Of a stretch of 64,000 bases of DNA, positions 38,691 through 50,382 are shown one piece after another. A program made the position numbers and the translations under genes. Position 1 is the stretch's first letter. Each line of letters starts with the position of its first letter. The stretch lies in NCBI GenBank assembly GCA_964199315.1, contig OZ116708.1, forward strand, positions 24,924,001 to 24,988,000, read 5' to 3'. Below the pieces are notes generated by a model. That model saw nothing but the letters and a program-made list of their open reading frames with translations. It had not been told where the DNA came from and did no database searches. The stretch is from Orbicella franksi (taxonomy: Eukaryota).

Positions 38691-39449
38691 TTGCAAGTTA
38701 TTTCTTGATATCCCTTGTTCACAGTGCGTTGCTGATTTATTTATAAACATCTCATTCTTTTGTGTGAGAGTTTGTCACAATATTATTATTTTTTAAGGCC
38801 TGTACGCAAGGGGTTGACAAGATTTGTTTGGCTCTGCCTAAAATGTCGACAAATTTTGTCTCCATCAAATTTTGAATTTGGTAATCGCGTACGTACGTAC
38901 TTGAAAACACCAATATATTTGATAACCACAAGTGTCGATCACGTTGAAATCTAACACCTTCCTTTGGGTTCTGTTCGCGGGAAAGTGGCCTTTAATAGGC
39001 CACTTTCGATATATTAAAATTCAGCTTGATAGTGAGGCTTAGAGAACTCAAACTAAATAAATGAATAAACATGGTCATTCAATTTCCTTTGTTTGTGTCC
39101 TGTAAACCTCACTACCAAGCTGAATTTTAATATATCGAAAGTGGTCTATTATCGAGAGATAAACGGTTACCTGTCTTGCCACAGTGTTTTATCGCTAGTA
39201 TTGTTTTGTTTGTTTCTTTTTTTCTTCGTCCTTCAAGCCATTCAGTTTGCTCTGCGAGCCGTAGAAGTTGTATGGAGTCGCATTCAACATCTCTAGGTAA
39301 GAATTATTAAGTCTTCGTCGTTCTCCATCTTCACAGCTCGATTGCGGCGTAAAAATTAGATATTTTGGCGGGCTTCTGCTGAATGTGTAGACTCTAAAAA
39401 GCGAGATCAAATTTCCTTGTTTTTCACATTTTTAGTCATGTTAACACCA

Positions 39450-40548
39450 GATGTTGCTGAAACTAGTAACGGGGAACGGGGAACGGGGAACTGGGAACCG
39501 AGAGCGGGAGTCTGGGAACGAGTATACAGTAGTAACCCGTCTGAGAATTCAGAATGGCGGACAAAGGAAAAGAAAAGGGAATAATCTGGGGACATGTGAG
39601 GAAGTGGTACGATTGTAAACGTGAGTATCCACCAGCTTCGTCCCCAGCTGACCAGTACGTTCCTGTTAGAGCAGAGTCCGATTGGTACTGGGATAAACAA
39701 AGCATGAAATGGCGCCTTGGGAGAAAATTCAGTCGGTATTATCACATGCCACCCCAATCGATCAGGCCACAGTCGTTCTTAAACAGAATTTCAAGCCCTC
39801 ATAGTCTTGTCATATCTACTCGCTTTGTGCTCGAGCTGTCCTGTCAATATTTAAAAATAGCAACACCCAATAGGATATCGAGAACAAGTGACCTAACACA
39901 TAACTATCTTTGAACGTGGGTCGTCCGCTGTCTTGACTGTCTTCTCGTTCGGCAGCATGGTGGCCTTTCGGAGATGGGCAATTCTGCTGGCAAATCAGGT
40001 AAGCAGCAGACAAATAACCTGTGGCCTGTCCACTTTGTTAAAGACAAAACATACGAGAAACGAGCAAGGAATATCCCAGAATAATGCTGGTGTTAGTGAA
40101 AGATGACTGCGGAAAAGCGACCGCGTGACACTCGGTATGTTTTTAGATACATGTCGTCACGTATGCGTATCAGACGAGAAACAACCTTTATTCTCAGTTT
40201 GCGTTTTGTACCCAGTCTGCAGTCTGCAGTCTGCGTTTTGCACCGACCGATTGGGGTAGCATGTGAAAATACCGATTCGATTTTCTCCCAAGGCGCCATG
40301 TCATGCTTTGTTTATCCCAGTGCCAATCGGACTCTGCTCTAACAAGAACGTACTGGTCATCTGGTGACACAGCCGGTAGAAACTTACGTTTACAACCGTA
40401 ACACTTCCTCATATTTCCCCAAATTGTTCCCTTTTCGAGCCTTTTCTTTTCCTTTGTCCGCCATTTTGAATTCTCAGACCCCCGTTCCCGGTTCCCGGCT
40501 CCCGGTTCTCGGATTCTCGGTTTCCCGTTCTCAGTTTTAGTAACATCC
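39450..40548. repeat. Inverted pair of ~300-bp element fragments around a 490-bp core
   Basis: 39450-39758 (+) mirrors 40250-40548 (-). Both encode RKCYGCKR...VRAESDW.WDKQSM.WRLGRK..RY.HM.PQ. Confidence 0.85.
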
Positions 40549-41201
40549 TTTCAACGCCTGCAAATTGTAAAATCTGATAATTTTGACGCTTGACAAAAAA
40601 ATTGTCCTGCTCCGAGACAGGACGACGGCGCGTTTTAAGTTTGTTACGGCTTGACAAAATTTTGGTAGGAAGAAAAACACTGTACGCACTTGTAGAACGC
40701 CTAGTGCGTACGGGCCCAAGGTTGTTCGCACTTTTGCGTTGCTAATATATTATGAAAATTACGTTAGTTTTGCGGGAAAGAGGGATGTGAGAAAAACATG
40801 TTGCGATATCATAATATAACTAATAAAATAGCGAGAGTCAGAAAAATGAGGAACACTATGGTTCGTTTTAGAAGCATAACGTGTCACCCCCTGTGTAGTA
40901 CAAGGAGTTCCGGAACTTGAATAAGGAATATTAGGCGAGTTCATACTACGTACGTAAGTAGGCCTTAAGTACGCCCAAGGTCTACTTGGAATGTGAACGG
41001 GGTTTATTTTAGTTCAAGTACCTTCCTTTGTAACCTTAGAAACGGCGTACTTTCAAAGGAGCCGAAGTGCGCTCTTAAGTCTAGTTTTGCTGTTCTCGAA
41101 TGCGTTCTTAGGCACTATCAAAACACGCGAAAGCGATAACACGTCAATCAACTAAACGGCGGGAAAAGCTAGTGCACGCAAACCTTGGCGAAGCAAAAAG
41201 C

Positions 41202-42356
41202 ATGGATTACAACGCAAGCCGGCCTCGCTTCTTCACTCAGCAACAATACCGATTAGAGGACGACGATTCCGTGGACTTAAGCCTCATGTAAGTGCAGTTT
41301 CATTTATTTATTAAACCAGTTACTCTTAATAAAATCTTAATAGCCATGTTTTCATAAGCATGCTTTCTGTTCGATAGCAACAACTTAAACCAAAGATTTG
41401 CCGGAGCAGTACCCGTAACGATTAACCAGCCACAAACGCCTTTCCGCAGTGGACAACTCTTTCATTTCCCACCACACAGCCAGACCTTTTACCGTCCTGC
41501 TGCATTTCAACCGAGCGACAGTCCACCACAAAGCAACAACAGCTCCCTAGTATCGCGAACCCCATCACCAGGGCCTGAGACTTCATCCGCTAACTCAAGC
41601 CGGGTCAGTAAAACAAGTTCCGAAGGCAAAAAGAAGACCAAATTAAAGGCGTCTGACTGGACAGAAGACGAAACTCGTGAGATGCTGGCAGTATGGGGGC
41701 CACGGTACAGCAAGCTACGCAGTGCGTCCAACAAAGAAAGGATTAAGATATGGAATGAAATTTTTATCGCATACAAGGAAAGCTGTCCTGACAGCGAAAG
41801 AACTTTGCCTCAGGTAAAGAAACGCCAGCAAAATCTCGAGTACGAGTATAAGCTTTTAAAGCAACGCTCTCAGTCGACCGGCGAAGCGGGGTTTAAGAAA
41901 ATCAAAGAGGGGTTTCCATACTTCGACTTTTTCGACGACGTGATGGGTCATCGCGATAGCGTTGACCCATCCAAAATGGCACTCGAAGGCTCTTCCACGT
42001 TTGCCTTCGAAGAAGGCAGCAGCACATCACTCTCTCCACAAGGAAGCGTGGCCGACACAGAAAACATGGAAAATGAATTCGAAACTGCGACGCCCAATGA
42101 AGGAGTGAAACGAAAGGCAACTGATGAGCCAGCGAAATCTGGCAGCAAAGGAAAGAAGAGACGTGATGAGCAAACAGCGACGTCTGAGTGGCAGACAAGT
42201 TTTCTACAACTTATGGAACGAAGCATAGAGCAAGATAACATACGATTTGAACGTTCCACAGAAATGCTTCGGGAATCACAGAGGAATCAGTTGGAACAAA
42301 CAAATGCAATTCTCGCAGGGTTTAAGGACATTTTCAAAGATTTGGTGTCAAAGTAA
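41202..42356 (+). CDS. Harbinger Myb/SANT-like DNA-binding protein (354 aa)
   Basis: Exons 41202-41287 and 41378-42356 (GT-AG, in frame). SDWTEDETREMLAVW...IWNEI...RTLPQVKKRQQNLEYEYK trihelix-type motif, ...FPYFDFFDDVMG and a C-terminal coiled coil. Confidence 0.85.
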
Positions 42357-42540
42357 ATCGGTGCACATATTTGATGTTCTAAAAAGGAGACAGTTGTATT
42401 AATTCTAATTATATATATATTTGTTACTGTTCTGCTGTTTTGTTGTTGCCTGTATCGGCAAGTTTATATGTTTATATGACATTTTGGTGCTACACATAGC
42501 ATTCGTTAACAAATAAAACCTGCAGTTGGAAAATGTAGTG

Positions 42541-43794
42541 TTACAAGTTATCCCGCACAAAGTCTTTTAAAGCATCTCTCACATCGTTGCCAGTTTCAAA
42601 TAGAAGTCTGCCTTCATCTTCATCGTCTGAGTCATCATCGGAGTCGCAGCCATCATCATATAGATCACCTCTCTCAATGCAAATGTTATGCAAAACACAT
42701 GACGCAACAACAGTTTTCGTAAGGGTTGTCGTTTTCTGCTCAATTTTTTTCATAACAATTCGCCACCGTGATTTTAACATGCCAAATGCACGCTCGACTA
42801 CGCATCGTAGGGCACTGAATTTTTTGTTGAATTTTTTTTGTTCAGGAGTTAAGTGCCCCCTGTCTGAGTAAGGTTTCATGAGCCAGCTGGTAAGGGGATA
42901 TGCACTGTCTCCAGCGAGAAGAGGGCCGATTTCTACTCCATTTATATTCCTCGTCGGGCCAGCAAGAATTTGCTCATTTTGTGCCAAATCGTATAGTCCA
43001 CTTAGTCTAAGGACGCGAGCATCGTGTATGCTGCCTGGATAACCAACGGTAGCATGGATGAATTTCAGGTTAGAATCAACTATAGCTTGAAGGTTCACAC
43101 TATAATGCTGCTTACGATTATAGTAATCCTCGTGATTTCGTGGTGGAGCATTTATCTCTATGTGGCAACCATCTATGGCTCCGACAATTTGAGGTATGCC
43201 ATACATCTCTTCGAACTCGTCAACCTTTTCTGTAATTTCCTGCCTTGTCAAGGGAAATTTTATGAATTGATCCTTCCTACGAAGAAGAGCGCGCTCGAAT
43301 TCACTACAAATGCATTTCGCTGTTGACTTTCCGTATCCAAATTGTAACCCACAGCTTCTATAACTGTTGCCGGTTGCAAGTCGCCATAATGCTAAACCAA
43401 CTCTTTCTTCTACACTAATTGGCACTCGCATCCGCGTGTGTTGTTTTTGTATATCTGTTCTTATTAGGTCACATAGGTATTCAAATGTTGCGTGAGTGAT
43501 ACGAAAATGTTCCTTCCAAAGAAAATGCAGTGCTGGATTAGCTATAAGAAGGCGAAACCAGTTCTGTGGTCTAGGCCAAACCCAAGCTCTTCTTTTCAGT
43601 TGTGGTCTTTGTTATTGTGAGTGCCCTGCCATATAAATAAGCAACATCCGACGGTTTCGCCGGCTAATTCTAAAGGCTTCCTCCATTAAAGCGAAGCAAT
43701 ACATTTGTTGAAGCATGAAAGACCGCTGTCGCAAAAGTAGGAAAGCAAAAATCAAAATAAGGGACGCTATTCGAACGTTTCGAGGTCGCGGCAT
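42541..43794 (-). pseudogene. Harbinger DDE transposase (HARBI1-like, 417 codons) with one in-frame TAA at 43614-43612
   Basis: ORF 43794..43612 continues in frame through 60 sense codons (RRAWVWPRPQNWF...WKEHFR) into ORF 43431..42541. The catalytic motifs GAIDGCHI, GDSAYPL and VERAFGMLKSRWR are intact. Confidence 0.85.
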
Positions 43795-46131
43795 AATGAA
43801 GCTTTGAGTGTCTTGACTACATTTGCTTTGGCGGGTTTTTACCGCGTAGTTTGATTGACAAGCGATTCCGCAAGTAGCATACTTTGCAATTTAGTATGAA
43901 CGCTTATCTTTAAAAGTTAGCACCGCCAGTCTCAAGTTCACTTGAGTTTTTATCGTACTTAAGGCCTACTTGGGCCCTAGTATGAACTTACCTACTGAAG
44001 TGATTCTTCGGAAGATGACAATGATACTTGTTTCGTGACATAAGCGATATAGGACACATCCGAAGTTGATATAGAGCCTTCTTGTACAAGCATAATGCTA
44101 GTTGCTGAGATAATTTACACTTAATACGTTGTGAGAGATTTTCTCCTCGGCGACAAATCCTGTTCTGGAAAATTTTCGTTACCACAATATTAGCATAAAT
44201 AGAAACAGCTGTCTTTTCAAAAGGATTTTATGTCAGCATTTGACCCTTTTGGCTCCGAGTCAAGTAATAACATAAACTTATTTACAAGGGAGTGGATGTT
44301 TCTATCTTGGTTCGTCGCTTTCGTGACAAAGTTGGACAGGTCTTCGTCAATCAACCGCTATCGTTCTTTTGATACTAAAGCGAATACCGAAAAACTCGTT
44401 CAAGTTATTTTGTTCGCAGTCCGTAACCGAGTTAATAAAATCCCTCGGTACGTTGTATATTCAGGCGCCAATGATTAAATCAAGACGATCAGAATATAAT
44501 TTTCACTTTTGTTCCAGGGCCAGTTTTTACGTTCAGTTCAGATGCGAGTCGCGATGCGGCGAAAACGAGTCGCGGACTGAAGCGACGAAAACGAAATTTT
44601 GGTTCCCCCCGTGACGGCTTTTCCATCAGTAACAGAAAGAAGAAAGAGGTGTATGTAAATTTTAGATCGCATGAAATATAAATAATCGAGACCAAACACA
44701 AAATCTGACCACCAACGAATTAAAAAGAGTCGGGCTTTCCTAGTGAAGCCTGAAGAGTGCCAAGAAAAACCGCAGAGAAGTCTTTCCTGACTTTAATGTC
44801 CGAAGGTCGCAAGAGAGAGCGCTATTTTCTTGATAAAAGACCTTTGTTGCGTACACGTGCGGCGGGCTTCACCCACACTCCACTCGAACGATCGAATTGA
44901 AAATAAAGGCGCCATGCAAGCTCGGGAAATTCACGGTCACTAGAAAAATAAACAGGAAAACAGAAACATTTGGCATTTATAAACTAAATCTAGAATGTCT
45001 CAGTACGTCTTTCCTTCGAAATTCTGATTGTTATGTAATACATTGACACTGCGGGGTTCAGTCTTTGAATCCGTAATAAAGGAATAGTTTTTGAAGGTTC
45101 ATAGGGTCGATTGTTATAACATAATCAAGATCGGGCAATTCGTCGACTAGAAAACTAAAATGATTTTTGGAATCGCTTGGCATTTCCAAAGAAACATAGA
45201 ATGCACTCAGGCCGGGTTTCGATAAGTTCTTCGCCGGACAAACCGTGCGGACATCCACTTTATACGGTCAGAGGGATCAAAAAAGATAAACAATAACATA
45301 TAACCACTTACCTCTAAATTATTTCTGGCGATCACTAAAAGATGGAACTCGAAACTGAAACTCGAAGAGCTGCCAGGAGTATTAAATTGTAATGTTGTTC
45401 TCTCGGTAGCGTGGCCTGGTGTTTTTCAATAGGTTTATAAGTGAGAGCAAAAGCAAAACTGGTTAAACGAGAAAAACGATTGTCACACCGGATTGAAGAG
45501 GAGACGGTAAACATAAATTTCGCGCGGTACAGCAAGTGTCCGTTTTTTTCTCTTTAATTAATTATGATTCTTATTTGCCATATAGGCGGTAAGCTTTTTA
45601 CACAATCTTGTTCAAGGCGATCGCTTGTTTTGAACAGGTAGCTATATAAAACCAAGAAGTTCTAACCGGTATTTCAAAGATATTAAACCAAAGACAAGGT
45701 GTCGAGTTTCGCTACTCCTCTGTCCACTCCTCTTAGAAAGGTCAGATGCTCAAACTGCAAGGAACGATACAGCTTTCAGATAAATTGTAGACGGAAAAGA
45801 TAGTCCTTGGCCTCGCATGACCCTACTAAATACAGTCGTCAAGATAAGCATGTGAACCGGGCATGCACGTGAACTGAACGTGTCGGTATACGAGCGTAGA
45901 GTCGCTCAATCACGTGCACAAACTAGCCATCTTGATTATTGCAGACATCTTTAAATAAACTACCCTGTTAAAGCGATATTGGATTTGTGGTCAAAATGCC
46001 GCTAATATAATTACTGAGTACCTACGGTCTTAAACCCAAATGTTTCAAGAATATCGAGATGGCCCATCTCGATATTCGAGACATACTTGAAAGGAGAGCA
46101 TTGTAATCAGTGGTGACTTCACGAAGCGTGC

Positions 46132-46334
46132 TAGACTACGAGTAGTCCCTCTTTCGCTTAGTCCGTCGTGCGTGACGCGAAAGAAAACCGCGAGAAAAAA
46201 AATGGCCGCGCGAAATCCAGGAGGCGAGGAGCGCGCTCCTAACCCCCAGGATTTCGCGCGGCCATTTTTTTCTCGCGAATTTCTTTCGCGTCACGCACGA
46301 CGTACTAAGCGAAAGAGGGACTACTCGTAGTCTA
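46132..46334. mobile_element. Near-perfect hairpin MITE with TAG...CTA ends and a 9-bp TSD (AcademH- or Mutator-type)
   Basis: GAAGCGTGC at 46123-46131 and 46335-46343. The arms are complementary over ~90 bp. Confidence 0.85.
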
Positions 46335-47555
46335 GAAGCGTGCTCGCGTCGTGAGTTGTCAGTACTGAAAGGCTACCTGCAAGACTTTCTCAGTTCCATA
46401 ATGACACTCCTTTTATAATCTATTATATGTGGGTTTTCATCAGTGGAAACCCAGTTTTTTGTTGTACGCTCGTGGTAGTGAGTGGCCTCCCAGAGTGCGG
46501 TCGGTAACAAAATGGCGGCCACTTCTTAACGTTTTCAAAGTGTTTGTGCAGAAGATTGTGGTAATTTTGTCACTCTCGATTTCCGGCTATGCGTGACAGT
46601 TGTCTTGCGCCCTCGTCAACCGTATCACTCGAAATCTCGAGCTCAGAATCAAATTAGCTGCAATTACTAAATCGTACCCGCTGCATGATACGGACCTTTG
46701 TCGCTATAGGTGTAGAGGGCCCGTCTAATCCTACCTCTCAATAGACCTTATGACGGTTTTCAACGCCATCTTGACGGGTAGGCAAAGCGTTCACGGTTCA
46801 GAAATTAGTGTCTGCTTGGGAATACGATGGTAAATAACTTTTTGCAAGATTGAATTTTACACTAAAAACCCTCGTGTTAAACCTTGTTCCTAGAGTCTGA
46901 GACCGTAGACAAAACTGGGGGCGGGAGATGATTGACGTTTCACAGATGATTTCAGACCATGTGCAACGCACGTGCTACAGTTGTAGTTTGTTAGATACAA
47001 ATACAACATACATCTTCTCCTTTTAATATATTCATTTGATCCATATCCAGAAAAACCAACAACAGAACAGAGCAACGTTAACAGAGCATTATCGTCCAAT
47101 ATTCTGAATATTGTGTCGGATTAACACTTCTTAGATGTGATCATTTAGCACACAACTATCGAAAGCAAATAGAAGCAAACTTGAAGCTTAAAACCGAACC
47201 GTCGGCTTGCACGTTAATTTTCTTTCCTTTTTTTTTTTTTTTTTCGGGATGCAGAAGATAAAATATAGTAATTAGTGGTTTGACTTGATTTTTTTTTTTT
47301 TGAAATAATCGTTTCTTTTAAGGTCTCGGTAACATTATAAACATCACTTTTCCGCAAAAGGACCGGAAACTCGCTACAGCGGTTATAACTTTCCCTTCTC
47401 AACTTCAAGTTGTTTTAAGTTAGTGTTAGTGTTCCGCTTGCGCGTCAACAGAACCCACAAAGTTTTTTTAGAAACTAACATCAATGTCATACACTTTGCC
47501 AGTTTAGTCGAAAATTGAATGAGATACGATTTCTAACCGCAATGCAATTTTCCTC

Positions 47556-48427
47556 CTATTCGGCTCCAATACGATCAAGTGGTAACAGATGGCCATAATG
47601 TAAATTTCTTGTTTTTCTCCGTTTCAAAGCCGCACGGAAGTCTCTTTTGCCAAAGACGTACAGACATGGGTTGAGAAATGAGGTCAAAAATCGAAGCCAT
47701 ATGCAGATATAAATAACAAGAGGCGGTAGTTGCTCCAGATGATGAAGTCGCAGGATGAAATAAGGCATCCAGCCTACGGTGTAAACCAGCAACATTACCG
47801 CAAAAATTGTAACAACTTTCTTTTCTGTGTTTTTTATCGCTTTTGCTTCTTCCCAACCTGGAGTACTTCGCTTTTGAACTAGGTCGATCTGTCGTGACAC
47901 TTCGACGAAGATCTTCGTGTAGACGAAAACCATGCACAAAAGTGGGGCCAGGAAAAACACAAGAAGACACGTGATGTCGTAGATGTTTTCACGCCTGATG
48001 ACGTCAGGAGGGGGGATTTCATACACATCGTGGTGAGCTATGTCCATCCAGCTTAGCTGAACTAAAGCAGTTGCCGCTGACAAGATCCAGATAAACAGGA
48101 TTACGGAAACGCATCTTGAGAGGGTGACTATTGACGTGTAGCGCAACGAATGCATTATGGCCAAATACCTAGAAATATGAACAGACAGTGAATACTGCTG
48201 AGAACTCATAAACTACATATCGTTCCGCAAAACATATCACAAATCCTGATGCGTTGTAAAGATCAATGTCGGTGGCAGAGCATAGACCTCTACCCCCGAG
48301 GAAGGGGGATTACCATAAAAAAAAAAAAAAAAAAAAAACAGGGGTGCTCGTAGTACCTATATATGGGTTATTGACCAAGCGTGAGGTCAAGATGGCTGGA
48401 TATTGGCCAAGTTCTTTTTTTTGCGTG

Positions 48428-48460
<33 letters not shown>

Positions 48461-48471
48461 CACGCAAAAAA

Positions 48472-48505
<34 letters not shown>

Positions 48506-50351
48506 TAAGCTTGGTCAATAAAGGATTTATTATATGGGATAAAACACCAAAAAATGATCCGTGTACGTGTTTATTTTCAAGGACTGAAAAGGAAGCCCGT
48601 TACATGCAAAAATCAATGGCGCGTTCTCCTTTATCCTAATTGGCTGAATGCAGAAATACAATCATTTGATTGGTTTGCATTTTTGACGAGTAAATGTCTA
48701 ACTTCTGAATCAGAATAAACGAATGTACGAAACCGCTCGAGGGAAATTCGAAAAGTTTTTTTTACCTCAAAAATGTCTAAAATGGCTTAAATTTTCAGCA
48801 CTTAAGCTCCAAAGAATGTTAAACCATTAGAGCAAGACAGTTCATTTCATCTGGTCGTCGCTCTCGCCGATCCTTGGGCGCTTCGAAGAAGTGTCGCTTG
48901 GCTCTGTGGTGCAAAGCTGCCCCGACGTAAGCTGGATGTTGAAAGTACAGTTGTTAAAGCTTCCAATCGTTGCTCCTGAGAAAAAACCCGATCCCATCTG
49001 GACTGGATTAAAGGTGGCAGACTCAACACTGGTAACAGAAGTGGTGGGACGAGTTGTGGTTTCTGTGCGAGTGGAGATGCTAGAAAGCTGGTTGCTGCTG
49101 GAGCGGCTCAGCGCAAGGGACATTCGCCGTTGATGTTCATGCGAGGCCGATTTGTAAGCGTCGAGACTTTTCAGACTGCGATGGCCACTTAACTGTGCCA
49201 CAAAATTATCTGGGACGTCTGCATCGAGGAGACGTGAAATGCAGGTCTTTCTCACCGAGTGGTTGGTTACTCTGCCCTGTAAACCAGCATTTTTCGCAGT
49301 GGTGGGGAGAAATTTGCCGATTTCGTTTTTACCAAGCGGACTTCGCATATACCACACGTCGTCATCTGGTTTTCGCTGATGTTTGACTGCGAGGTAAAAG
49401 GGGGAATCTGGCTTGTTCATCTCCAAAGGACGACGGCGAGCAAATTCTTCGAAGAATTTAACCGGGCAACGCTCGTTGCCGGTTGCTTGCGCAGTAGGGT
49501 GGAAAGCACGAACACTGTATGGCTTGTCTTGGCCTTGACATGTTTTGGACCCTCGCTCATATCTCCACACAAGAATCTCATTCTCCATTTCTGGGTCTTT
49601 CTCCAAAGTGACGTCTCCCCACTTTAATCGGCAGCTTTCGTCTCGAGCTCTGAACCCAAAGTGAAGGGCAATTATCCACCACAAGGTACGCTGCAAGGCT
49701 GTCGGATTGGAGGTCCCAAATTCACCACACTCGAAAAGCTTGTCTTCCTCGGCCTCGGTCAGCTCACGAGCAGCTTGTGGTCTGTTCCCCTTGCCATGTT
49801 CCACAACAAGCTGACGGCGCTTGGCACTTAACACTTCTCTGGAGAGTTTGAAGTTGTCTCCGTCAATAATATTTACATTTGAACCTCTTTCGTTCAAGGA
49901 GCGTTGGAGACTACGTTGAAAGGACGTCAAACTGACAGGCTCGTACTCTGTGCCGTCCAATTTCTTTGCGGTTTTGAAAAATTTGCACAACAGCAAATTC
50001 AGTTCTTCCTGAGGTATGTCACACAGTTCCCTATTCTCGTTTTCTTGTAAACAAAACCGCTTCCATACCTTCATGTCACTTTGTGTTTTTACTTTTGTGT
50101 TTGCCGGTTTTTGTTGCAAAATAAATTCATGAAACTCGTCAACATTTTTGTTTTCTTTGTTTTCTTTCTCGTTGACGCATTCAGTTTTCTCGTTTTCCAG
50201 CTCCATCGATACACAAACCACAGGAAATCTTTAACTGTCAGGGAAAAGATTTTTCAGGGAAAAACTAAGAAAGAAAATTTTGGTAAACCGGCTTTCGCCT
50301 CGGATGAATTTTCCTTGCGGGACAAAGCCCTTATCCCGAGCGGGCAAGATA

Positions 50352-50382
<31 letters not shown>

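Larger units (their letters stand above)
40934..43992. mobile_element. Full-length PIF/Harbinger DNA transposon (~3.06 kb) with convergent Myb/SANT and transposase genes
   Basis: Imperfect ~39-bp TIRs GGCGAGTTCATACTA...AAGTAGGCCTTAAGTAC / GTACTTAAGGCCTACTT...TAGTATGAACTTACC, TA on both flanks, and the canonical two-gene content. Confidence 0.9.

Noticed and set aside
46890-47099. Possible third GPCR or zinc-finger exon downstream of GPCR B
   Set aside because: It has no GPCR motifs, no ATG and no convincing splice pair.
41682-50221. Horizontal transfer or prokaryotic integrase/defence island suggested by the recombinase and transposase ORFs
   Set aside because: The proteins fit eukaryotic Crypton and Harbinger families, the Myb gene has a spliceosomal intron, and there is no operon structure.
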